From assembly GCA_946496575.1 (NCBI GenBank), contig CAMMHE010000002.1, positions 20,966 through 84,965 of the forward strand: 64,000 bases of DNA, in the 5' to 3' direction. The stretch is from an uncultured Clostridium sp. Its GTDB lineage: Bacteria; Bacillota; Clostridia; TANB77; CAG-508. Below are positions 1-10,000 of the stretch, in pieces. Numbering within the stretch: position 1 is the first letter of the stretch; each line of letters starts with the position of its first letter. The position numbers were made by a program, and so were the translations under genes. The notes beneath the pieces are model-generated. The model was not told the DNA's origin. It searched no databases and was given only the letters and a program-made list of their open reading frames with translations.

Positions 1-616
1 CCGACTTGTCTGTTCCGGCGAAAGTTACTACTTTAATTGATATATCGTTTGAATCAGCTAATAATTCTGCCATCAAATTATAGTTTCCATCTCTTGTCTT
101 TAATCCTAAATTTTCTTCAAATTTTTCATCATTTATACTAATGCCATTAGATAAGTATAATCCTTTTAACATTTTAAATGTTAAATCTTGGCGAAATGAT
201 AATTGATTAACTATATAATCTGGCTCTCCTTCTCTATTTATTAATGTTTTTAACATTTCTGGTGTAAGTTGTTTATCTTCATCAAAAGATCTACTATAAT
301 ATTTTCCAAATGCTGAATATGGGATATTATTTCCTTTCACAAATACTTTAATAATTTTTTTATCTTCAATTAATTCTAATGCTATATTGGGAATTATTTG
401 AGGTTTTATTCCTTCTGAAATCTTTCTTGATACATCTCTTAATGTGTTTTCATTTAAATCTTTTTGTCCAATAACATCTCCGTTATTCTTAACCCCAAAA
501 TATAATGTTCCTTCTCCGTGTTTGTTTAACATGGCTGACAATGATATTACACCTTCTATAAGTTCACTTGTACTCTTTTTAAATTCTACTTTTTCAGATT
601 CTAATCCTAAATTCAT
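1..616 (-). CDS. AlbA_2 (Schlafen-like) putative DNA-binding domain protein, 5' part; the 3' end lies beyond the window
   Basis: Own minus-strand translation from ATG 616..614 (GGAGG 6 nt upstream): MNLGLESEKVEFKKSTSELIEGVISLSAMLNKHGEGTLYFGVKNNGDVIGQ... The E-x-x-EFK opening and the GxGTLxFGV core are typical of AlbA_2 domains. Absent from the ORF track because it is open at the window edge. Confidence 0.55.
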   Translation of the reverse strand, partial: MNLGLESEKVEFKKSTSELIEGVISLSAMLNKHGEGTLYFGVKNNGDVIGQKDLNENTLRDVSRKISEGIKPQIIPNIALELIEDKKIIKVFVKGNNIPYSAFGKYYSRSFDEDKQLTPEMLKTLINREGEPDYIVNQLSFRQDLTFKMLKGLYLSNGISINDEKFEENLGLKTRDGNYNLMAELLADSNDISIKVVTFAGTDKS

Positions 617-638
617 ATCTAACCTCCATACAGAATAA

Positions 639-686
639 CTTTATTCTACACTTTATTCTGTACTTTATTCTATACTTTATTCTATA
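639..686. repeat. Four tandem 12-bp units CTTTATTCT(A/G)(C/T)A just upstream of the AlbA_2-like gene
   Basis: Read directly: ctttattctaca / ctttattctgta / ctttattctata / ctttattctata at 639, 651, 663 and 675. ACAGAATAA at 630..638 is the inverted complement of TTATTCTGT inside unit 2. Confidence 0.85.
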
Positions 687-877
687 TTTTGTCAAATAAA
701 AATTTCAACATCGTAATTAACATTATAATTTATAAAATGTTTTACTGAAATTATACTAAAAAATGGTCTAAAAATTTTCTTAATGCGACATCTAACGATG
801 TCGCTCCTATAACACCACGTGGGTAAATATGGATTGAAAAACAGGAAAGTATTGAAATAAGTTTATTAGATAAAATT

Positions 878-925
878 AAAATGGAGCAAAAAAGTTATTC
901 AAAAAACTTTAATTTGCTCCATTTT
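878..925 (-). terminator. 13-bp perfect inverted repeat AAAATGGAGCAAA / TTTGCTCCATTTT with a 22-nt loop; terminator-like, T-rich tails in both orientations
   Basis: Arms at 878..890 and 913..925 read directly. It lies downstream of the minus-strand zinc-ribbon ORF and upstream of the AlbA_2-like gene. Confidence 0.4.
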
Positions 926-1131
926 ATGAAACTGCAATTTTATAGAAGATTCTCTAAAAAATATAAAATTAAATATTAATTGTGATGATAAAAAAATTTG
1001 GCAGAAAAGTTATAATATTGGAAACTATCGTAAAAGTAATGCTATTGTTTCATCAAAATTGTAATTTCTCGAGTAAATAGGAGAGCAAAAATTTCTACTC
1101 TCCTATCTACTTTTTGTCAACAAACTATATT

Positions 1132-1338
1132 CTATTTGTCATTATTTAGTTTTTCAATATCTTCTACATAAATAGAAACTTCTCCACATTTAGGGCAGAT
1201 TGCAACTTTTGGTTTTCCTATTCTTCCACCAAACAACTTATTTTCATTTGTTGACATTACAATCCCATAGCCTCCACCTTCAATCTTAATTGTGCAGTTT
1301 TCTTTCATTTCCGTTCCACATCTCAAGCATTTTCGCAT
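1132..1338 (-). CDS. Small zinc-ribbon protein (two CxxC pairs)
   Basis: 68-aa ORF MRKCLRCGTEM...AICPKCGEVS with CxxC...CxxC. GGAGG lies 8 nt upstream of the ATG (gaaatggaggtatcattATG). Confidence 0.55.
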   Translation of the reverse strand: MRKCLRCGTEMKENCTIKIEGGGYGIVMSTNENKLFGGRIGKPKVAICPKCGEVSIYVEDIEKLNNDK

Positions 1339-1528
1339 AATGATACCTCCATTTCATTAGAATACAACATATTGACTTCTAAATATTTAGTTCAACAATA
1401 TTATAGCATGACAAAATCAAAAATACAAATTACTATTTTTATTTTCTAGTTATTCTTTGAACTATTGAATTTTCTTCAATAGTTGACACTTTGTTTATTT
1501 ACTTTTAGCTTATTGTTTGTATAACATA

Positions 1529-1824
1529 TTATATTGAGCTATTTGTCAATAATTTTTGCCTACTCACATTCACTAACTTATAACAGTAATAATTAGTATC
1601 ACGAGAAAATCTTGATACTTCTTTTGTAATTAATAAATCAAACTTTTTTTGTTTTGCATCCTCAATCATTTTTATAAAATTTTTACGTTTTAGTAAAGAA
1701 GTAGTAGTTATCCCCTCATCAATATAGCCATTAATAAATGTCCAATTACTATTTTTTCTAATGAATTAATTTGTTTTTCTTTTTCTGTTGACACTCTTGC
1801 ACAATAAACATGATCTTCATTCAA
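1529..1824 (-). pseudogene. Large serine recombinase remnant (resolvase catalytic domain only, frameshifted and truncated)
   Basis: Own translation. Frame A (TTG 1824..1822) gives NEDHVYCARVSTEKEKQINSLEK. After a run of six A (T-run 1752..1757 on the plus strand) the homology continues in another frame: NSNWTFINGYIDEGITTTSLLKRKNFIKMIEDAKQKKFDLLITKEVSRFSRDT... with a stop at 1529..1531. YxRVST and DEGxSG...SRFxR are resolvase-domain hallmarks. One extra A would restore the frame. No recombinase or zinc-ribbon C-terminal domains follow. Confidence 0.65.
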
Positions 1825-2389
1825 TATTCCATTTTTTTATTATTCTTTCATATTTCTTTTTATTAAATATATATTTTACTACAAGAAAAAATATTATTAA
1901 TATTGTAGTTATATTAGATTTTAATATGTTAAATAATATTCCCAAAAGAGGAACAACTTTTTTAACTTTTCCTATTATCTGGTTTTTATATATACCTTCT
2001 CCATCCATAGTATAATTGTTGTTTGATTTAGTATAATATACAATTTTACCATCAATTACTTCATTACTTACTATTTTATTTATTCTAATTTTTCCATTAA
2101 CAATATATGCTATATTATCATTTATTTTTATATTTTCAGTATTTTTATATTCCTTTGTTATAATTAAAGAATTTTTGGGTATTTCCTCTCTCATTGAATT
2201 TGTTTTCATTGAAAATAGGCTTATCCCCATTAAATTAAAATAATCTATTTTTCTTATCATACTATTTATTAAAAATATAATATTTAATATTACACATAAA
2301 ATCAGGAAAATATATAATGCTTTTATTATTATTTGCTTATTTCTAGTCTTTTTAAGAAATTTGATTTTTGTTTCTTTTTTCTTGCTCAA
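1817..2389 (-). CDS. S26/SipW-like signal peptidase paralog lacking the catalytic His (probable pseudo-enzyme)
   Basis: Same layout as the SipW-type paralogs (N-terminal TM, KTNSMREEI box, C-terminal TM). The conserved (V/I)THR(I/V) box reads RINKIV and TKGDNN reads TKSNNN. Overlaps the upstream peptidase gene by 38 nt. Confidence 0.6.
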   Translation of the reverse strand: MSKKKETKIKFLKKTRNKQIIIKALYIFLILCVILNIIFLINSMIRKIDYFNLMGISLFSMKTNSMREEIPKNSLIITKEYKNTENIKINDNIAYIVNGKIRINKIVSNEVIDGKIVYYTKSNNNYTMDGEGIYKNQIIGKVKKVVPLLGILFNILKSNITTILIIFFLVVKYIFNKKKYERIIKKWNIE

Positions 2390-2948
2390 TTTTCTTCTTT
2401 TCTCTCCTATATTCTTTTTTTTCTTCTTTTGTTATTTTAAAAAATAATAGTATCAATAAAATTAAAACTGTAAATAAAAATACAATCTGATTTTCTAAAG
2501 CTTTTATTAAATATCCTAATTTAGGTATAATTAATATACCCTTTCCTTCTATCTGTGTATATTCTATTTTTTCGCTATCTTCTAAATTATTATTATCACC
2601 TTTAGTTGTATATATTTTTTTACCATCTTGTTCTTCTATATTTGTAATTCGGTGTGTAATAACCTTATCATGTTGTTTAAAGGTTATTACATCACCTACT
2701 TTTATTTTTTCTTCTTTTGTTTTTCTTACTAATAAAACATCTTCTGAATTAATAGATGGCTTCATACTATCTGTTGATATAATATATGCTTTATATCCAA
2801 ATATACTAACATCATCTATTTTATTTAAGCAAGAAATAAAGACTAATATAATATTATATAATAAAATTATTATAATTACATCTATTATTTTTTTTGCTAT
2901 TCTTATATTTTTTTTTCTGTTATTTATATTTTCAATATCATATTTCAT
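2352..2948 (-). CDS. Signal peptidase I, SipW/archaeal-ER type (S26B)
   Basis: STDSMKPSI (Ser box), VITHRITN (His box), TTKGDNNNLEDSE, IIPKLGYL, N- and C-terminal TM segments. Confidence 0.8.
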   Translation of the reverse strand: MKYDIENINNRKKNIRIAKKIIDVIIIILLYNIILVFISCLNKIDDVSIFGYKAYIISTDSMKPSINSEDVLLVRKTKEEKIKVGDVITFKQHDKVITHRITNIEEQDGKKIYTTKGDNNNLEDSEKIEYTQIEGKGILIIPKLGYLIKALENQIVFLFTVLILLILLFFKITKEEKKEYRREKKKIEQEKRNKNQIS

Positions 2949-2960
2949 CTTTTATTTTCC

Positions 2961-5900
2961 TTATTTTATGATTATATATTCATATGCCTCGCCAACATAT
3001 GTGTCTTCATCATATAATTTATATACTAATTTGTATGTTCCTGTTATTAATTCTGTATTTAAATTTAAAGAATATTTTTGATAACTACTTGGACTATCAA
3101 ATGCTTTATATTCTTTTTGCTTGTCAACCGCTTGTAATGTATTTGTTACATAGTCTTGTAAATCTACTTTTTCGTATTCTTTTGAATATATATCATTATA
3201 TGTTCTTCTATATAATGAAACCGTTATATTAGGATTTTCTAATGCTGACGAATATTCTACTGTACTTACTAATAAATTATTTGCACCTACTGTATTTCCT
3301 GTTATACTGTCTACAATTTTTGATTTATCATTTGTTACAACTTTTAGTCCAAATGAAGAATTAATGATTGTAACATTTAATTCCGTAGAATCTGACGCTG
3401 TTAATCCATAATAAATCCCGTCTGATGAGCCAAATGATTCTATTACTATTTTATAGTCACCTGTTGCCCATGTGGTATTATCTTTTGTATTAATTTTTAT
3501 TTTTGCTAATACATCAGTTACTTTGTCTGAAATGTTAATTCTCGTTGTTCCATCAACTCTTGGATAATATTTTTGTCCATTTAGTTCGAAATTAACTCCT
3601 AGTAAACTATCTACACTTAATCTATTTCCGTTTATATCATAAATAGATATCTTTATTCCTAATTTTTTATCAAAATATTGTGTGTCATATACCTTTTTTG
3701 AATCAACAATTGTTTGTGTAAAAGTAGTTTCTACATTTAAATGTATTTGTTCACCTAGATAAATAATGCTAGGTTCTATATCTGCATCTAATTTGATAGT
3801 TGCATCTTGATTGCAATAAACAGAATACTTAATAACATCTCTTTGTATACCTACTACCCCTGCTAATGTTTGATTGTCATCATTTCTTAATTCTATTAAT
3901 AATGAATTGTTTTGTATATTTTCTGTCATATTGGTATCTGCAAAACTTATATGGAAGATAAAGTTTTCATATAACAAATTTTGGTTTTCTAAATAATATT
4001 TTTTGCTTTCCTCTTGTTCATTATAATTTCCATTTTGGCTTCCCATTGTTATAAAATCATTTAAATAGTAGATGTATTTATTTTGTTCAACATCGTTTTT
4101 TGTTACTATGTAATAATAATATTTATTAGTTACCATATCTAGCATAGTTAGTTTTGTATTTTCTGGGAAACAGTATGGTCTTCCTGCTGAATTTGTTGAT
4201 ATTAATGCTCTTTTATCTTCAAAAAATGTATCATAATATTCACTCTTATCAAAATCTTCTAATGTATGCGAATAATAAACTGAAAAATCGCTTTTACTGG
4301 TTATAGTTGTATCTGTCGATGTAAATAGTCCAAATTTTTGTCCAGGTGTTATAGCTGCTTCATAAAAGTCATCTTGGAATAAATTACTTGATATTGTTAC
4401 ATTTATATCTATCCAAGAAATGTCATAATTCAAATCATCTACTGGTGTTAATACTTGTATTCTTATTCTTACATCTCCTAATGCTCTTGCTTCTGTTATA
4501 TTTTGTGAATGATATAAATATAAATTCAGTGTTGGTGTATAATTTGAGTTATCCTTATCATACTCGGTCGTTCCAGTATAACTTCCTCCATCTTCTGTTA
4601 AAAATATTGTAGAACCTACTGTTTCCCAACCACTATTTCCTGTTTCCATTGTTAATCCTAATACATTATTAGCTATTTCTTCATCTTGTTCAATATTATT
4701 TATTTCCTTTGGATCTACTAATGAGACTCCATTTGCCAATCCTGGTGAAAAACCTGTAACAATGTATTTTACATTTGGATTTGAAAAACCTTGTAATAAA
4801 AGTTCTTTTGTACCCATTGTTATATATTTTGATGCTGATAATTCTACATTAAATACTTGTACATTCATTTGCTCTCCAACAGTCCATATATAATATACGT
4901 CTGCATCTGGAGTTGGTGTTATATAATTGGTTTTAATTACACCATTTTCATTATAATTTGTATAAAATCCGTCAACTGTTATATCATGATTTACCATATG
5001 TTGTCCCATTGCATAAGAATTTGACACAAATGTTCCTTCATTTGTTATATCATCACCATTTTTATATCCGTGATAGTAAAATCCTGTACTTGTGCTTGGG
5101 CTCATTCTACTTGTAAATAATCCAAAAAAGAACATTCCATATATTTCACCATAAGTAGTTACTTGTTCATTTGTAGCTATATTTAAATTTTTACCCTCTA
5201 ACATATAAATTCTATTATCTACATTTTTAACTGTTTCTCCTGTATCTGCATTTATTGTAGCATATGCTTTTACTTCGTTACCATTTTCATCATCTACAAC
5301 ACTATCTAACTTTTTTAACAAATTTGCTCCATTTTGTAAGTATAATACAGAATTATTTTTTAGTTTTACTTCATCTACTCTACTAATTGCAAAAAATGTG
5401 GTTGCATACTCATTTGTTCTATCTGTTGCTCCTGATAATGATATTGAAGAATTTATAATTGTTGCCAAATTTGCTCTTTGTATAGATATATTATTTTGTG
5501 GCTTATCTGGTGTTCCATAATTTTTTAAAGTTATATAACTTTCTCCACTTGTACTTGATGCATTTCCTGAACCAAATATGCTTCCTGTTATTGAAAAATT
5601 TTGATGTCCATTTCCATCTATTATTATATCAATTCCATCGGTTACACTGATAAATGAGAAATCATAATTTTCGTCTCCCGCTTCATTTGCTTCTCCTCCA
5701 CCAAATACCGTTCCAACAATACTTATATCTCCTATTTCTAACGAAGAATTTCCTACTGCATCATATCCTATATTTGTACTTGTTGTTCCATATACTACAG
5801 ACGTATTAGCTCCTCCATACACATTTCCTCCAATAGTTGCTCCAACAATATTTACTGTGCTTGAACTATGTTTATCTAAAGTTCCTGTTGCTGCCTTATT

Positions 5901-7022
5901 TCCTCCCCCAAATACATTTTTTTTGATATTGTTTTTTGTTCCATCTATTATTAAATTAGTATTTCCATATACAACCGCACTACTTCCATTTCCTCCTGCA
6001 TATAAACTGTTATTTAAAGTAGAATTTTTTATATGAATATTTGTATCTCCTGTGACTGTGCCTTCATTTCCTCCTCCATAAACATTATCTCCTATTGCTG
6101 CCTCTAAAATATCTACATTTGTATTAGTATTTACACCTGCTTGGTTTCCTCCTCCATATACATATCTTTCAATTGATCCGTAAATTTGCACATTGGTCAC
6201 ATTAGTTACTGCTTGATTTCCTCCACCATATACATCTGTAATTGTTCCCTTATTTATTGTAACATTTGTTGTCTCACAAATTCCTCCAAGGTTATTTCCT
6301 CCATATACATTTTGTACTTTTCCACCATTTATTGTAGCATTTGACGTAATAGTTTTTCCACCTTGATTATTTCCTCCATATATTGTTTCTACTGTTCCAT
6401 CCATAGCTTCTATATAACTATTGTTAACAATTCCTGTTTGATTAGAACCACCATAAATAGTTGTTGTATCTCCTCCTGTTATAATTGCTCTTGTTTCTTC
6501 AACATCTGCTGAATTCCCTCCAGCATAAATATTATTAGATTTTCCTCCATTTATATTTACAATCGTATTTGTTACTTTGGCTTGATTTCCGCCTCCATAT
6601 ATTGTTTCTTGTGTTCCATTATTTACATTGACTGTAGTATTTCCTTGTACTTGTCCAATATTTCCTCCACCATAAATACTTTGTGTATGAGTTCCATCAT
6701 TAATATTTATATTCGTGTCTCCTTCTGTTTTAGCAATATTTCCTCCACCATATACTTCAACATTTAAATCTGCAGAAATAACAATGTTTGAACTTCCTAT
6801 TAATTTTGCCATTTCACTATAGCCAGAAACTCCTGCTCCTGCTCCAAAAATTTTTCCATTTATAGTAGGTGTTCCTATTATTTCTATATTAGCTGTTCCT
6901 GCCATTTGTGCTAAATTTGGTTTTGATGAAAAATTATATCCACGACCTGCTGCATATATATCTCCTTGTATTATAGGATCTCCTGAAATTTTTATATTAC
7001 TATTACCATATAAAGAACCACC
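2961..7022 (-). CDS. Giant beta-helical repeat surface protein, C-terminal 1,353 codons (ORF track 2961..6905; the frame is actually open up to 7034)
   Basis: Dozens of roughly 20-aa repeats of the form x-(I/V)YGGGNxxxVxGxTxVxIxxG, then non-repetitive domains. No RBS and no signal peptide before the listed Met 6905. Upstream in-frame codons read QQKTGGSLYGNSNIKISGDPIIQGDIYAAGRGYNFSSKPNLAQ-MAGTANIEI, so the repeat continues across the nominal start. Confidence 0.7.
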   Translation of the reverse strand, partial: GGSLYGNSNIKISGDPIIQGDIYAAGRGYNFSSKPNLAQMAGTANIEIIGTPTINGKIFGAGAGVSGYSEMAKLIGSSNIVISADLNVEVYGGGNIAKTEGDTNININDGTHTQSIYGGGNIGQVQGNTTVNVNNGTQETIYGGGNQAKVTNTIVNINGGKSNNIYAGGNSADVEETRAIITGGDTTTIYGGSNQTGIVNNSYIEAMDGTVETIYGGNNQGGKTITSNATINGGKVQNVYGGNNLGGICETTNVTINKGTITDVYGGGNQAVTNVTNVQIYGSIERYVYGGGNQAGVNTNTNVDILEAAIGDNVYGGGNEGTVTGDTNIHIKNSTLNNSLYAGGNGSSAVVYGNTNLIIDGTKNNIKKNVFGGGNKAATGTLDKHSSSTVNIVGATIGGNVYGGANTSVVYGTTSTNIGYDAVGNSSLEIGDISIVGTVFGGGEANEAGDENYDFSFISVTDGIDIIIDGNGHQNFSITGSIFGSGNASSTSGESYITLKNYGTPDKPQNNISIQRANLATIINSSISLSGATDRTNEYATTFFAISRVDEVKLKNNSVLYLQNGANLLKKLDSVVDDENGNEVKAYATINADTGETVKNVDNRIYMLEGKNLNIATNEQVTTYGEIYGMFFFGLFTSRMSPSTSTGFYYHGYKNGDDITNEGTFVSNSYAMGQHMVNHDITVDGFYTNYNENGVIKTNYITPTPDADVYYIWTVGEQMNVQVFNVELSASKYITMGTKELLLQGFSNPNVKYIVTGFSPGLANGVSLVDPKEINNIEQDEEIANNVLGLTMETGNSGWETVGSTIFLTEDGGSYTGTTEYDKDNSNYTPTLNLYLYHSQNITEARALGDVRIRIQVLTPVDDLNYDISWIDINVTISSNLFQDDFYEAAITPGQKFGLFTSTDTTITSKSDFSVYYSHTLEDFDKSEYYDTFFEDKRALISTNSAGRPYCFPENTKLTMLDMVTNKYYYYIVTKNDVEQNKYIYYLNDFITMGSQNGNYNEQEESKKYYLENQNLLYENFIFHISFADTNMTENIQNNSLLIELRNDDNQTLAGVVGIQRDVIKYSVYCNQDATIKLDADIEPSIIYLGEQIHLNVETTFTQTIVDSKKVYDTQYFDKKLGIKISIYDINGNRLSVDSLLGVNFELNGQKYYPRVDGTTRINISDKVTDVLAKIKINTKDNTTWATGDYKIVIESFGSSDGIYYGLTASDSTELNVTIINSSFGLKVVTNDKSKIVDSITGNTVGANNLLVSTVEYSSALENPNITVSLYRRTYNDIYSKEYEKVDLQDYVTNTLQAVDKQKEYKAFDSPSSYQKYSLNLNTELITGTYKLVYKLYDEDTYVGEAYEYIIIK

Positions 7023-10000
7023 GGTCTTCTGCTGTTACATTTGCATTTAAATATTCTGTGTACCCATATCCACCACCATATATATTACCTTTTACTGTTC
7101 CTCCAGTTATATTGATATTTACAGAAGTGTCGAATTCTTCTCCATAGCTTTTATAATCATCTGATGAGTTTATGCTATATCCTGTAACACCTCCTGCTCC
7201 TGCTCCATAAATATTGTCTAATATTTCTCCTTCAGAAATGTTTATGTTTATAGTTCCATAGTAATATGAATCACAAATATTTCCTGTATAACTACTACTG
7301 GTTACACCCATATTTCTTCCTAAACATCCGCCATAAAGTTCTTGTATACTTCCTCCTGTTACATTTATCGTAGAGGTCCCTAAAAATGTATTTTCTGGAT
7401 ATCTCCAATTTCTTGGTCTTGTTTGTGAATCTCCAATACTGCCACCAATTAAACGTCCTACACTACCACTTTTTATATTTTGAATCACATTTGAATAATT
7501 ATTTCCCGCAGCAGAACCTCCTGTTAATAAGTTTACATCATAATCATATCCTTCTGTTGTAGAATTTTTAATATCTATTGTTATAGTAATATTAAATGAA
7601 TCTTCTTTAGAAGAACCCATAAAATCATGTGAAGTTGTCTGACCTTGTCCATTTGAAGTTCCTGGAGTTCCTCCACCTATTATTCTTCCATATGTACCAC
7701 TTTTCACTACAAGTTCCGCATTATTTCTTGGCAATTTACTTTGATTATATTGTAACCATCCTGCAAAAATGTGTACTGCTGGTGCATTTCCACCTAATAA
7801 ACCTTGATTGGTATTTGAATCCGCATAACCAATCATAGTTACACCTTCTCCAATAGTCATACTATAGCCTTGTAAACAAAAATATAATTGATTATTTCCT
7901 CCTCCATACCAATCTAAATACATAAAATTAGTATTTGCCGTTAAATATCTATAATATGATGACGATGTATTACTACCATTACTATAAAAATATAATCTTC
8001 CATTGTAATCTATTCCATCATACATTCCTGTTATTGTTGCCTCTTTATTATATGTGGTACTACTTTGCGAATTAAAGAATGTATTAGATGAATAATTTCC
8101 AATTATAACAATTACATTCGTATTTCTAGTTCCATTTCTATCTAGTTTTCCATATGCTGTGCTTAAATTTCTAACTGGTGTTTCTGATGTAAATCCATCA
8201 TTTCTATCATTTCCACTACTATAATTTACATAAATTACAGTTCTATCTCCATAAATAAAACTATTTTCTGTTGACATTGCTGGTATCTTTGTATTTGTTG
8301 CGACTAATTTATAATCAATTCCATCTTCTAGACCTGTTAATATCAGTGATGTTTCATTTTCTAATTTTTCTTCTATACCTACAATATCTTTTTTATACCA
8401 TTGAAAGGTAAAGTCTTTTATTGATGTATATTTTAATCCTGGACCTTCTAAAGATGCTGTTACACTATTATTTTGCTCATTAATATTAAATATAATATCT
8501 ACACCTAATCTTTCAATTGTGAATTTTGATACTGTATAATATTCTCCATCAAAAGTCACTACTACCATATTTTCATCTTCTCTGTAATTTTCTTTCCATA
8601 TATATGAAGTTCCTTGAATTGAAGAATCTTCCACACCATTTTTATACCATGTTATAGAATATTCTCCTATCTGATATGGGTCTGTAATTTCTATATGATA
8701 AGTATACTCTGGATTTTCGTTTACAGATGTTGTTAATCTTTCTTTTAATGAAAATGTGTTATTTTCATAATTCCAAGTAAGATATTGGTTATCAGTGTTT
8801 ACATTTGTATTAAACATATTTAAAATTGTGTTCATATTATCTGTATAAATACCTTTATTAACACCTTGTACATAACCGATATTACTAGAACTGCTACTAA
8901 CTCTTTGGTTTGAGTTACCAGAGGTTACGCTTGTTGTAAATGTTCTATTATTTGCACTATAATTTGTAAAATATATGTTATTTGCATTTAAATTTCCTGC
9001 ATCATTACCGTTCCAGATAGTAGAATATGTGTCATAATCATCATAACCAGTATTATTTATCAATGCTCCAAATATTGGTCCTATAAATCCATTGGAATTA
9101 ATCATGCCTGAATATAATGAATTTGTTGGCCATACTGCTTGCCCTCTTATTGTTCCTACAATTCCTCCTGTATGATATTGGCCATGTCCATTATATTCTT
9201 GCCTATTAAAAATTGAACCTGTAGTTCCTTCGTCTGCTGTTGCATCTAAACTGATTTGAGTTTCTGAATAGCAATTATCAATTATATAGGTACTTCCATT
9301 TCCTGGATTAGTATTATTGTTATATCCATTACTTATATACCCAACAACACCACCTACTGAAAATTGGAATGGACTATCGACTATATTTATTGTATTTGTA
9401 TCTTGTATTACACTATTTTCTACAATTACATTTAAAATACTAGAATTTTTATACATAGCACCTACTAAAGTTCCAATATGTAAACCTTCAGCATCTTGTT
9501 CTACACCGCTACCAAACCAGCTACTACTTATAGTTCCTGTATTTCCACTTGCAGTAATTTCAATATTTATATTAGAAAGTTGCAAGTTTCTAACAATTGC
9601 TCTTGTGTTTCCTCCTCCTATACTTCCAAAAATGCCATATGTTTCATAACTGCCTTCTGGTAAACTTGATACTGTGATTTTTGCATTTGCTATTGTATGT
9701 CCTGCACCTTCTAATACTCCTCTAAATGAATTCTCACTTGTTCCTATTGGTTTCCATTCTCTTCCATCTAAATCTATATTATTTGCAATTTGAAAATATT
9801 GTCCTTCATATGTATTTCCGTTTTTTACTTGTTTTCCTAAATAAGCTAAATCTGCTCCATCTGCTATTAAATATGGTTCTTCTTTAGTTCCCTGTCCCCA
9901 AGGAAAATTATTTGCAGTACTTCCATCCCATGCTTCTACTTCTGTTATTAATGCCATTGGCATAATTGTGTTTAAAGGTTCTTGTATTTCATTTTGTACT

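Noticed and set aside
444-638. 64-aa plus-strand ORF at the left edge.
   Set aside because: It is antisense to the AlbA_2-like gene, which has an RBS and recognisable motifs.
785-804. GC-rich 8-bp hairpin GCGACATC-TAAC-GATGTCGC in the intergenic region near 0.8 kb.
   Set aside because: No U-tract on either strand and no adjacent gene end. It is too small to assign as an RNA element.
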